Shown here piece by piece: positions 1 through 12,900 of a DNA stretch of 64,000 bases; position 1 is the stretch's first letter; every line of letters begins with the position of its first letter. A program made the translations under genes and the position numbers. Under the pieces are notes generated by a model that saw nothing but the letters and a program-made list of their open reading frames with translations, was not told the DNA's origin and ran no database searches. Origin of the DNA: Ascidiella aspersa (taxonomy: Eukaryota). The stretch covers positions 24,614,001-24,678,000 of the forward strand of contig OZ004611.1 of the NCBI GenBank assembly GCA_963924565.1, in the 5' to 3' direction.

Positions 1-147
1 CCAATAAGGCAGCCAAATGTAAAGGTGTACGAAAATCGCACATTTTGCCGGAGTCGAACTCGGGACTCGGAATCTGGTATTTGTTTTGTCCGGAGTCCGA
101 CTGTTATTTTAAACCGACTCCACAGTCTTGCTGCAAGGTATCAGCTT

Positions 148-3100
148 CTAAGCCAGTCCTCCTTTCCGACACCTTTCGGTGCACATCACCAGCGCAGCGC
201 TGAGCAGCGAACAGAAACCGATTATATAATACAGGCGTGAAGTCGGCAGAACGATGCGGTCGTTTCGTGGGACGTAATCGAACCCATAACCGCTTTCCTC
301 GAGCTCTATCAAGTAGCCGAAGTTGTTTAGAAACAGTTCGACCCGATTCGAATCGTTGGCCGGCACAAGAGCGGCGTCCGTGATTTGTGCGGCGAAATTC
401 TCGGAACCGGGCCAGAAACCGCGGTGGATGATTTTACCGTTGCCCGTCGCGCGATCCATCAGGTCGTAGACTATGTGCCAAGCCTGAAAAAAGGCCTCCT
501 TGTTGGAGCCGATGTGCCACACGAACGGGCCCATGTAGTGCAGCGTGCTCGGGTACACGTTGTCGTCGTACACCAACTTTATGTTGGTCGTGTTCTTGCC
601 CAGTTTCGTTCGCAGGATTCCGGTAATGAACACGTCCTCCAAATGCATGTCGTACCTGTCGATCAAACAGTCAATCAAATTTTATTTGTTTAACTAGTTG
701 TTTTCGTTTTTTGATTGGTTATTTAAGAGCGACCCCCTAAACTAAAGTTTTAATCTATGAGAATTACATCTGATTTAACGTTCTGTCGACAACCAAACGC
801 AAGCGTTAAAAAAATGGGTTTAAAGCAAAAATTTACAATTATCTGATAGACCGCGCTGTTAATTCACACAAAAATTAATACGGCAATTTCGCAAAATCAA
901 TTGGTGGGCCTTTTGTTATCGCTAACCTCCAAACTGTGACAAGCTTTATTTTATTATTATGTTCAGAAAATAAAATGTACTAGCATCATGTTTTAAATAA
1001 ATGAACAAAATACTCCTATGTTTTATATTACGATCGTGAAGCATCGATACGTTAGCTATAAGCGACTGATCAAACCATTTAGAAAATGCAATTTTTTAAG
1101 CTAGGTTGTAAACCGGCCGTGTCCCTCTAGTGTTACCTTGGAGTGATTTGAGCTTGCCGGTAGATGTCGCTCAACATGGGGAACATCATCACGATAAAAC
1201 CTCCGTGACAAAACGGAGCCAGATGCCCGAATGAGTAGGTTTCCTTCGAGAGAGAGTACTTCCCCTCTCTGTAAAGAAGCTTTAAAGTTAAAAAGATTCT
1301 GAAAGACTAAAACAGGTGTATTGCAGTCACGGTTAAAGTGTAAACGTTGAAATTAGTAGGACAAATACAAATACACATATTTGTCTTTAAAATAATGGAA
1401 TCAGGCGGTTATGTTTAAGAAAACCTTTTTGAAATTTAAATGTCTTGCTTACTTAAACCTCTACATTAAGATAAACTTTATACTTGAAATTGTATTACAT
1501 ATTTATTGCCCCAATGATTTAAGACAGGGGGTTTCTAGCAGCTTATAGTTTTAGGAAATGCTCCACTGTAATAAGCGGTGGCGAAAATATTGACTTCAAC
1601 CCTAAACCCCGTGAACACAGTTTATATTTTTTGTTGTTATCGTAATTTATTTGTTTATAATTCTTGTAAAATAGCGTTAGAGAAACGGAACTCTACCTTG
1701 CAGGTCCAATTTGTGCGCTGTACATGAATGGACAGTGCATCGTTCCGTCTTTGACGAACTTCCGCTGATTGGTTGTGAAGTAATCGTACGTCAGCGCCAT
1801 ATTGATGACGCAATCGTCGTCCGTAAACGCGTAGTAATCGCTGACATCACCAGTGACGTAGGTGACCCATTGGTAGGCTGCCAACACTTTGTCGGGCAAG
1901 GTGGCGTAGTCATCATTAATGTCACATTGGAGAATGTCGCCGTATTCTTTGTTTTCCGCTTCTATTGAAGCCTGTAGTGTTTTGTTTTCTACTCTTCCCT
2001 CAAGGAACAATGTGACAAACCTGCACAAATTTAAACAACATGAAAATCGTTAAGTTAATCGGAAGCCAATGCCCGATACCAAGGTGTACTATTAGTATTC
2101 ATCCAATACTATGGGGCAGACTTGGGCAACTAGATTTATTTTAGCTTTTTAAAATTAGATTAGAATTAAAATTAAAGCATTTACTGAAATTCCTAAAAAA
2201 ATAATTTTCAACTAGAATTTGATTTAATGGTAATTTATTCTTATAAGAACGTGAATAATAAGTGTTTGTGTGCAATTTTTTATGGTTTTTAGACAGTAAA
2301 AATTACATACATGTCGTTCAAACCAAAGTGTTTAAATTGAAATTCTGTGTTTTAACTAAGAGACTAAAAATGCCGTTGGACAAAGTAGGATTTTTGGTGA
2401 AATCTGAATTAGATTAGAGCTAGAATTTCACAAATTAGATTAGAAATAGAATTAGCCGCATTTGCTCTAATTCAATGAATTTAAAAACTAGAATTATTTG
2501 GAAGTCTGTGGTATCTGATATAGGGTGGTAAAGGACCGATGCGATATAAAATGTATCTAGGAAACTCAGCCGTGATTTGCTATTCAATGGGGGAAATCCG
2601 AAAGATAAGTTTACAAAAAAATGTTTGGGTAGAAACTGGAAGTAAATAAACTTATTAACGATAAATTTCGGTCTAATAACCTAAAACAATACTTAATTTA
2701 ATTTGGTATCGAATCAGATCGCAATAATTTTTATGATAAATATCGGGAATTCGGTATCGGAATAAAATGACAAATACAGGGAATCCCTATTAATATGTAT
2801 ATAGCTTTGATCTTACCACCTCGTGTGATATATCAGCAAGGTGTTTACAAAAGAAGACTTGCCTGCGATGGGGTAATAGCACCTCAACCAAAGTAAGCTA
2901 CTTTAAACCAGTGTTTTAAAAGCACGTTGTACGAAGGGTACATTTTATAGTGTCTACTAAAATTACATCGAACACTATATAGTTCTGGTAGTTTGGTCAA
3001 GAGTTGTGAAATTGGAGCTTTTGTACACCGGTGCTCGTTAGAAATCACTTCAATTTCGTACACCTGAAGCATATAAACTGGCACCTGATATACCGTCAAA

Positions 3101-6100
3101 AACGGCAACCTGCATTTATTAAAATTTATGTTGTCAGATAAGCAAAAATCAAATCGAAGACACAAACCCATGACATTTGTCAGGGCGGTCTACAAATGCG
3201 TTAGTTTAGCAATCACGATGCCAGGATGATACAATGCATGTGGTTACCCCAAAGCGCCCAATCGTTCTTGGCCGATGCGGCTTCCTAACCAGCACGGTGT
3301 TAATTAGCACAGATGTTAAAATCTTCATTTAGCTCACACCTCTTACCTTCTGTTGTTAATTTTTGCTACAGCGCCCCACGACTGTCTAACGTTGTTTCTT
3401 CGCTCCCTCGAATGCACAGCTGTTTTCACGATGATCAGCATGAATATTTTCCCTTTACTGAAGTCGAAAGCATTCGGTCTGCACATGAGATCGAAACAAC
3501 AATAATCTGTTAGACACAGACACGGTGACAAATCCGCAAAACATAAACTTGCATTATACATGCGCAAATTTAGTAAGCGCACTTTTCGTAGCTTTGAAAA
3601 TCCATTTTACTGGTCACCCCAACCTTTCGTAAACATATTTTTATTTAAAGAAATCGACAACTTAAAATCACCGCAAGTCCATGTGCTTCGACAGTAAATT
3701 AGTTACATTATATTAAATTACCTATTATATTCATATAAATTACAAGGCCACGGACAGCTGATCCTTCGTCGCGTAAAACTTTAGCTGATCCTTCGTCGCG
3801 TAAAAAAAACAAAAAACTTTTTTTTTTATGAAGAGAAACTAGGCCTACTTGTGAGGATTCACTCAATAAACGCTCTAGTCCAGTGGTTCTTGATTTTTAT
3901 GTGGTTTGTTTCTGTGCAGCCTTACTCCTGTGGAGTCAATATCTTCACAACTTGTTTGTCCAAATGAGCTCGACAAAAACCAACACAGCGAGCTCGAGCA
4001 ATTTTTTGTGTGCCCATTACGTCTGGTCTCCTATATAAAAGGTTACCCTAATCAAACCAAATAAAGGGAATTTTTTGTCGCGCGATTAAGAGTTAATTTT
4101 TTGTATTTTTCTGTTATCTTAGTGATATGTAATCGCAAAATACGGAATTGCTTTTAGTATGATATTTATTTTATATGTACGGGGACGCAAGGAACATGAC
4201 AATTACCAAAGGGGGCACGGTAGAAAAAAGAACCACTTCTGACCCTAATTTCTAAAGAACTAATTTGCGTTCATTTAAGGACTTGCATAATATAAAAATG
4301 GGCGACTTCCGAAGTTCATGCTTCAAGCTAACGATAGGTTAATATGTGCGTATTAGCTTCAGGTTAATTAATTCGGAACTTAAAATCTTGTTAATTGTTG
4401 TCGCACTTTCATGAGCATGCAGCTGACAGTGATATCGCCCAATAGTGTCGCGCCTTCCTGTTTAAAGACGGCGGTAAAACGACACTCCACATATGGTTAA
4501 GTCAGGGTTTCTCAACCCTTTTTAAGTACATCAATAGTCCAATTATCTTCACTGAACTTTTTATAAGCGAACAAGACAAGAAAATAACATTTTTAAGTTT
4601 AAATTTAGTTAACATAATCCATGTCTTTGTATTGCTTTCGCAGTTTTCCTAAATTTAGAAAAATTAAACGAAGTCCTGCTCAGAACCAATTTCAATTATT
4701 CTAATCAGGTGAACTACTGCAGTCGTCGACCAAACAAATACCACGGCGACCCAATTTGGGGTCGCGACTCATAGATTAAAAACACTGGAGGTGTGAATTG
4801 CTATACCCACAGGTTGAACGCGTTAAATGTATATTAATCCTGCCCAACTTACGAAGTCACCAACACCAAATTTGGTGGAACTAACACAAATTTGGCAACC
4901 AGGTGCTGTACAAAAGACTGATTTTAACCCGCTTCGGTGACCGATGTTTATGTTGAAGTTATTTATCCACATAACTATCCCCAGGTTAATTCACCAACTC
5001 AAGTTAAGGTATTCGAAAACTTCGACACCGTACGCGTCTCGTAATAGTTTAACTTGCTTACTGCAACAGCCATTTGCTGGTAATATTCCTGGGCTTGTGC
5101 TCCTTTTTAAAGTTGTCCGGCACATTATTGAATTCCGTTCTTTTGTCTGGACCGTCCAGCAACTTACGCTCCAATTTCCTAAAAACAATAGTCCAGATAT
5201 AAGGGCATATTTTCTGCTGAAAAGAGTTGTCCATATCGTGGTGCAATATGACCATATTGTATCGTACATAACGCCTGAAAAAACTATTTTGTCGACTTTG
5301 CGAGTTAGGTCGAACGCAGGAAAACAGCAGGTTTTTAGTAATTATTTGTTTTGACGGCGCCACGTAATGACGAACCAATTTTAACATGAAAGTTTAAAGC
5401 GTTTGACACGCGAAACGCGTGTATTACATTCCTGGAGTTAGTATATTCATGGTTTCATTTGGCACTAAAAGCGGTTTGAGTTTGATTGTTCTGGTGCGAC
5501 AAAAAAATTTACCTGTTGCATATATTCTTGTTCAGTTACAATGGCCCGTAAGTGTCTCAATTTTAATTGCAAGGCTTCTAAACACCGTACAGTGTTGCCA
5601 GTTGCCCCATGTTTGATTTAGCTACTTTCTACTCTACTGTCAGTTTTTCATATTGTGAGGCTCACCGGACAACAAAATGTGGCTAAATTACAATTGCCTT
5701 ATACGTTGGGTTTCCTTTGTTGTTTGAGTATTTTCAAAATTTAGATCAATAGTAAAACAATCTTGTAGCCATTTAGAGTAAATACTTGGTCTATTTAAAC
5801 CAAAAAGCTCAAATATATTTTGGCTTTGCGCGGGACTATGGTGTAGAATCATTTTTTATCTTTCTCTAATAAAGGGCAAAATATTGTATTTTTAATAGGG
5901 CCTATATATACATTTGTTTTTTTTAGTTTTTTGTTTTTTTTAACACGAAAACAAAACGCTATGGCATAATATCTAAACCTGTTAAATTAAGTTTAATATG
6001 TTTGCCGCCTTCTTCTTGCATTTATTTAGACTTTACTTCAGTTATATATTTTTTGACTCAAATTAGCAGGTTTCTTAGGTCTTCCTGTTTTGTCAATTTA

Positions 6101-7436
6101 TGACGTCCTCTCTGAACAATTCCATGCCGACCCTGGTCCACGCGAACCAGAAATATTTTTAGTGGTTCGGGTTAAAAAGAAGTTTAGGAAGTTTAATAAC
6201 CCCTGCCTTAAATCGACAAAATCTCTCACCTGAGTCCTTTATTTCTTTGCGTTTCGACAATCAGACGTGCTGGCTGAATGTGTGAATATATCTTGTTGCT
6301 AATAAATGAACAAAACAAAAAGTGTTTGAACAACAAAAGCCGTTTATTAGGATTCAATAACTATGTATTTCAAAATCACATAGCCTACTTTGGGGTCGGG
6401 GTGGATTTGAGCCCATTTGTTTTAAGTGGATTAGGGCCTATTAGTTTGGAACTTTTTAGTTTGTACGAAACTTCGCATTCAAGCATTCAAAAGACTCGTG
6501 GAAACTTTACAGTCGTCGAAATCGCACCACGACTTTGGCAGCAATTTGTCAGATTTAAAACGGAAATTTTCGTGTTCGACGTTGTCAGTTGTCATCGTTA
6601 TGTAGTTAAGCCGGAAATACTATTAGGATGCTACATTGGTATTGCTCGCAACATTACACAAAATAAGCGTAGCACATTTTTGCCGGTTTAGCATTCCAAT
6701 TTTATCGTTTTTTCGAACTGAATCTAAACCAGGAGACAGCTGACTCGATGAACCTTACGGTCTTTCGCTGTCTCCTGGGAACGTCAAATATTTCAAAACA
6801 TTGTGATTTCGGCGATTCTCGTTTTTTGTTTTCGTTTTTTGACGTTCCAAATAAAATATTATCCTTATCCTTATAGACCCATCTAAACTTTTTAATCCTA
6901 GATTTCTGGCAGAATATTTGGCAACAATTTAAAGCTGCCTTACAGCACTTACATTTTAAAGCTCATTTTAATGCCATTGGGTCAAGAAATACTTTATTAC
7001 ATAATTGTGTTCAGCATTTAGATGTTCTGAAACTGCCTATATAATCGATCGCGTTGAAACTATGATAGAATTTAATATGACCCCTTTTTGAAACAATATT
7101 TAGCATTCTATTTTCTAACCATGAGAATTTCGCTTTCGACACAATTTAACGACAAATATGTTTGGTTTGTTAAAGTTGTCTAGAGAAAAAAGACCCTAAT
7201 TAATCTGTCAAAATAAGTTATCCAATCGTACAATGCTGGACACAAAGAGTTATTGAAAATGTTATGTACTTGTAAACAGGAATTCCGCGCTTATGGTCTG
7301 TCACAGTTGGCTGTATTTTCTGTCGAGGAAGCTGTTTTTGCCACAGAGAATTCACGTTGCGTTCCATCGCGATGAACAAAGCAGTGCATGCGATCCCGTT
7401 CAAAAATACGCTGAACAAAAAACGATTCTTGTACAT
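148..7436 (-). CDS. GT31 beta-1,3-galactosyltransferase-like gene, copy U1
   Basis: Exons 3506-3347, 2020-1697, 1268-1137 and 655-148 have GT-AG ends and compatible phases. Motifs: IIVKT..RERR..VRQSWG, LFL(V/E)G, EYGDILQ.D..D.Y..L..K, FTDDD, FCHGG, LEDVFITG. A candidate type II anchor exon starts at 7436 (MYKNRFLFSVFL.GIACTALFIAM). The intermediate 5' exons are tentative; the candidate exon 4457-4357 has a 1-bp deletion and no GT donor in this copy. Confidence 0.85.
2117..2508. mobile_element. Old MITE with TTAGA(A/T) subrepeats, present in all units
   Basis: cagacttgggcaa...ttggaagtctg inverted ends, nested within a cccgatacc/ggtatcgg element. Confidence 0.55.
3881..4237. mobile_element. 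Old hAT-like MITE, present in all units
   Basis: cagtggttctt...aagaaccact inverted ends. Confidence 0.55.
4503..4787. mobile_element. Old hAT-like MITE, present in all units
   Basis: cag(g/t)gtttctcaacc...gattaaaaacactg ends with an internal gcgacccaatttggggtcgc palindrome. Confidence 0.6.
6688..6872 (+). mobile_element. 5'-truncated LINE-like (CR1/L2) 3' end; second copy at 25946-26130
   Basis: Present in U1 and U3 only. It has two hairpins and an AATAAA followed by a (TATCCT)n-like tail. Confidence 0.55.
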
Positions 7437-7778
7437 AATTGACCCTAAACCGACTCTGTAAAACATAGTCAACTCACATAAAACAACATTCATTTGTCCT
7501 CGATTTATTTCTAAACCTGATGTTCTACGAATGTCACATCTGTCTTAAAATTGTTTGAAAGATAATTAGGCGGCCTCTTATGTTTCAAGCTTATGTTGCC
7601 TTTTCGACTGGTAGATATAATAGACTGCATAAATCGTTTTATTGACCGTTCTTTTTACATCTAAGCTGATTTTCAATACGTTCACAAAAGCGTGTTTTTG
7701 CTCATACAAGTTTCTTCCACCAAAACGACAACCAGACGTTTTCGTGAAGGATTAAAACAATGCTGGTCCAACTAGGGA

Positions 7779-7786
7779 TGACGTCA
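7779..7786. promoter_or_regulatory. CRE-type palindrome TGACGTCA (also 17335, 27040, 47838, 59234)
   Basis: A perfect 8-mer ~340 bp upstream of the candidate ATG in every unit; function is unproven. Confidence 0.3.
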
Positions 7787-9209
7787 AAGTTACAAGCTGC
7801 GACTGTTTCCCAATATACAACTCATTTTTTATAAGAAGAGTTCAATTACGGTATACTATAGACCAGTGATCGGCAACCGCCGGTCCGCAAGGAGTTCGTT
7901 ACCGGTCCGTAGCAGGGTTGCCCGATTAAAATTTTGATTTAAACCCAACTCATCGGTTGTATTCATAGTGTTGCTTTCTTTGCGAGAAATTACTCAAATA
8001 TTATGGATGCCCGATTTGCTAAAACTATCGAAAGTTAAATATTCGGCACATTTCTTTTTCAACAAATTGTTTGCTTGGCATGAAGTTATATTTAGATCGA
8101 TTTTTTTTAACTTGATGCTCGATGTCGCCTGTCTTTTTATTTTTCATCGAATTGCCTGCATTATCTTTGTTTTGTAAAGAAGTTTCAAATTGAATATTTT
8201 GCTACTAATACTTTTTTCATATAGCACGCTTTATAGTAATCTATCATCATGTCTGTTTACTCGTTTTCGAATCACATTTCCTGAGAACAAAACTTGTGCA
8301 CTTTCGTCTATTTATGCTATAACCCGACCTAATTTTATTTTCACGTTTAAGCACAAATACATTTTTGGTTTAGCTCTATATTATGATGAAACTTTATAGT
8401 TTCATGTAATTGAATCATTTAACATCCATTATAAGCGTTATTTGCTCACTGCATTTGCTGAAATGAAAATGTTAGGACTGAAATGTTAAGTTCTCTCTTA
8501 AACTAAAAAGAGCCCTTCAAACAAACTCTCTTAGTGCACCATTAACAATGCGGAAATAAATGAATGACATCATTCCATAAACCAGGTGTAAACGCAATTA
8601 ATCGGCACCATGCATAAACAGAGCATGTGTCCACTTCCTCCAAACTGCACAAAGCCAGGATATCATTAATTACGGGCTACAGTGGCATAAATAGAATCTG
8701 ACGGTTCATTCGCAATTACGTATGAATTTTTAAACTGAAAACAAAAGATATACAACAATACGTTTCTTAATACATAAAGGTTAAACGTATACACTGGTCA
8801 TTATTTTAGAGTAAAATATCACGGCGTTTTGATACTAATTGAATTGAATTCGGTTGATTTTACAGTTTTACTAATCGCAAACAAAGTGCCACGAACATAA
8901 TGGATCAAGGTTTAGTTAGACGAGGCAGTGTTGAAAATCAATAAAAATATATCCAAAATGTTTAAAATGGTAACTATTGTGTTTGAGCTTTGATATTCCT
9001 ATACTAGGATGTCAAATGGTTAGAACGCTTTTTACTAAAAGACAAGAACACATTATTTTTTTGGAACTTAAAAAGTACACACTTGCATGATACACTTCAG
9101 GATATAACTTAACACAGCGGACGACTTAGAAAAAACGAATGTTACGTAAATTAGGCCGTTGGCGACTCGACTATTAGCCTATATTGCAGCATCTACAGTA
9201 CAAATTAAA

Positions 9210-9935
9210 GCAGGGTCTGTAGAGCCGTAGTTGGACTCGAGACTATTTTGGACTGCGGAGTAGAGAAAGACTCTTATAGTGCGCTAGCGCGGTAAGTTTG
9301 GAAACGATAAGATCGCAACTGCAAATTGGAATGGTTGAATAACATGTGGTGAAAGATCATTCAACACCATATTGTGGTGCTTTTCAGTTAAAGACATTGA
9401 TGTACGTCCACCTTATTGATGTACGTCCACCTTATTGATGTACGTCCAGCTTATGTTTAGGTAGATGTGTTGCATATAGGACTATAGAGTCGGTTTCGGA
9501 TTCGGGACTCATCTGAATCGGTAAATTTGGTTACTTCGATTCTATTTTTCGGCCGAAGTGGGATTCAAGTGTGTTCAACCCCGAAAGCCCGGCTTTAAAT
9601 CACAAAGATATTCAGCAATCCACTCATAGGTGTCACATAACTGTTCCACCCATAGTACACGGTGGGGAAATATTACACCATTTGCTATTACACTTTTACA
9701 ATTTATAGTTGGTTGCCTTACCAGTTTCGAAATTGGTAATGCGTACGTCGGACTCGACACCAGTTTTTTGTAGTCTTACTCGAGTCCCGAGTCCCGCGAT
9801 TAAAGCAAAACAAACCGAATCCATCGGGTCCCGATTCCGACTCAGCAACCCTGCTTTAAAGCATAGCGTTGAGGAATCGGGTTAAATGTTTTGTCCGGAG
9901 TCCGACTGTTATTTTAAACCGACTCCACAGTCCTT
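9210..9935. mobile_element. Cluster of CGGAGTCGG/GGACTCG-type MITEs at the unit junction (also ~18771-19496, ~36409-37055, ~49156-50052)
   Basis: Repeated ggactcg/cgagtcc motifs, gcaggg...ccctgc ends, and ctttaaa target-like flanks. Confidence 0.6.
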
Positions 9936-9952
9936 CTGCAAAGTATCAGTTT

Positions 9953-12900
9953 CTAAGCCAGTCCTCCTTTCCGACACCTTTCGGTGCACATCACGAGCGC
10001 AGCGCTGAGCAGCGAACAGAAACCGATTATATAATACAGGCGTGAAGTCGGCAGAACGATGCGGTCTTTTCGTGGGACGTAATCGAACCCATAACCGCTT
10101 TCCTCGAGCTCTATCAAGTAGCCGAAGTTGTTTAGAAACAGTTCGACCCGATTCGAATCGTTGGCCGGCACAAGAGCGGCGTCCGTGATTTGTGCGGCGA
10201 AATTCTCGGAACCGGGCCAGAAACCGCGGTGGATGATTTTACCGTTGCCCGTCGCGCGATCCATCAGGTCGTAGACTATGTGCCAAGCCTGAAAAAAGGC
10301 CTCCTTGTTGGAGCCGATGTGCCACACGAACGGGCCCATGTAGTGCAGCGTGCTCGGGTACACGTTGTCGTCGTACACCAACTTTATGTTGGTCGTGTTC
10401 TTGCCCAGTTTCGTTCGCAGGATTCCGGTAATGAACACGTCCTCCAAATGCATGTCGTACCTGTCGATCAAACAGTCAATCAATTTTTTTTGTTTAACTT
10501 GTTGTTTTCGTTTTTTGATTGGTTATTTAAGAGCGACCCCCTAAACTAAAGTTTTAATCTATGAGAATTACATCTGATTTAACGTTCTGTCGACAACCAA
10601 ACGCAAGCGTTACAAAAATGGGTTTGAAGCAAAAATTTACAATTATCTGATAGACCGCGCTGTTAATTCACACAAAAATTAATACGGCAATTTCGCAAAT
10701 CAATTGGTGGGCCTTTTGTTATCGCTAACCTCCAAACTGTGACAAGCTTTATTTTATTATTATGTTCAGAAAACAAAATGTACTGGCATCATGTTTTAAA
10801 TAAATGAACAAAATACTCCTATGTTTTATATTACGATCGTGAAGCATCGATACGTTAGCTATAAGCGACTGATCAAACCATTTAGAAAATGCAATTTTTT
10901 AAGCTAGGTTGTAACCCGGCCGTGTCCCTCTAGTGTTACCTTGGAGTGATTTGAGCTTGCCGATAGATGTCGCTCAACATGGGGAACATCATCACGATAA
11001 AACCTCCGTGACAAAACGGAGCCAGATGCCCGAATGAGTAGGTTTCCTTCGAGAGAGAGTACTTCCCCTCTCTGTAAAGAAAGCTTTAAAGTTAAAAAGA
11101 TTCTGAAAGACTAAAACAGGTGTATTGCAGTCACGGCTAAAGTGTAAACGTTGAAATTAGTAGGACAAATCCAAATACACATATTTGTCTTCAAAATAAT
11201 GGAATCAGGCGGTTATGTTTAAGAAAACCTTTTTGAAATTTAAATGTCTTGCTTACTTAAACCTCTACATTAAGATAAACTTTATACTTGAAATTGTATT
11301 ACATATTTATTGCCCCAATGATTTAAGACAGGGGGTTTCTAGCAGCTTATAGTTTTAGGAAATGCTCCACTGTAATAAGCGGTGGCGAAAAAATTGACTT
11401 CAACCCTAAACCCCGTGAACACAGTTTATTTTTTTGTTGTTATCGTAATTTATTTGTTTATAATTCTTGTAAAATAGCGTTAGAGAAACGGAACTCTACC
11501 TTGCAGGTCCAATTTGTGCGCTGTACATGAATGGACAGTGCATCGTTCCGTCTTTGACGAACTTCCGCTGATTGGTTGTGAAGTAATCGTACGTCAGCGC
11601 CATATTGATGACGCAATCGTCGTCCGTAAACGCGTAGTAATCGCTGACATCACCAGTGACGTAGGTGACCCATTGGTAGGCTGCCAACACTTTGTCGGGC
11701 AAGGTGGCGTAGTCATCATTGATGTCACATTGGAGAATGTCGCCGTATTCTTTGTTTTCCGCTTCTATTGAAGCCTGTAGTGTTTTGTTTTCTACTCTTC
11801 CCACAAGGAACAATGTGACAAACCTGCACAAATTTAAACAACATGAAAATCGTTAAGTTAATCGGAAGCCAATGCCCGATACCAAGGTGTACTATTAGTA
11901 TTCATCCAATACTATGTGGCAGACTTGGGCAACTAGATTTATTTTAGCTTTTTAAACTTAGATTAGAATTAAAATTAAAGCATTTACTGAAATTCCTAAA
12001 AAAATAATTTTCAACTAGAATTTGATTTAATGGTAATTTATTCTTATAAGAACGTGAATAATAAGTGTTTGTGTGCAATTTTTTATGGTTTTTAGACAGT
12101 AAAAATTACATAAATGTCGTTCAAACCAAAGTGTTTAAATTGAAATTCTGTGTTTTAACTAAGAGACTAAAAATGCCGTTGGACAAAGTAGGATTTTTGG
12201 TGAAATCTGAATTAGATTAGAACTAGAATTTCACAAATTAGATTAGAAATCGAATTAGCCGCATTTGCTCTAATTCAATGAATTTAAAAACTAGAATTAT
12301 TTGGAAGTCTGCGGTATCCGATATAGGGTGGTAAGGACCGATGCGATATAAAATGTATCTAGGAAACTCAGCCGTGATTTGCTATTCAATGGGGGAAATC
12401 CGAAAGATAAGTTTACAAAAAAATGTTTGGGTAGAAACTGGAAGTAAATAAACTTATTAACGATAAATTTCGGTCTAATAACCTAATACAATACTTAATT
12501 TAATTTGATATCGAATCAGATCGCAATAATTTTTATCATAAATATCGGGAATTCGGTATCGGAATAAAATGACAAATACAGGGAATCCCTATTAATATGT
12601 ATATAGCTTTGATCTTACCACCTCGTGTAATATATCAGCGAGGTGTTTACTAAAGAAGACTTGCCTGCGATGGGGTAATAGCACCTCAGCCAAAGTAAGC
12701 TACTTTAAACCAGTGTTTTAAAAGCACGTTGTACCAAGGGTACATTTTATAGTGTCTACTAAAATTACATCGAACGCTATATAGTTCTGGTAGTTTGGTC
12801 AAGAGTTGTGAAATTGGAGCTTTTGTACACCAGTGCTCGTTAGAAATCACTTCAATTGCGTACACCTGAAGCATATAAACTGGCACCTGATATACCGTCA

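Noticed and set aside
385-1968. Plus-strand ORFs 385-693 and 1711-1968 and their copies
   Set aside because: They are antisense shadows of GT31 exons and recur only because of the duplication.
2884-3171. 95-aa intronic minus-strand ORF
   Set aside because: It has no recognisable motif, is frameshifted in U2/U5, and is not needed for the in-phase splice from 3347 to 2020.
6278-6691. Plus-strand ORF of 113-151 aa in each unit
   Set aside because: Its ends vary with indels, it has no homology cue, and it overlaps candidate minus-strand exons.
6729-6780. Hammerhead ribozyme or SECIS in the hairpin
   Set aside because: The CUGANGA/GAAA core and the SECIS quartet are not correctly arranged on either strand.
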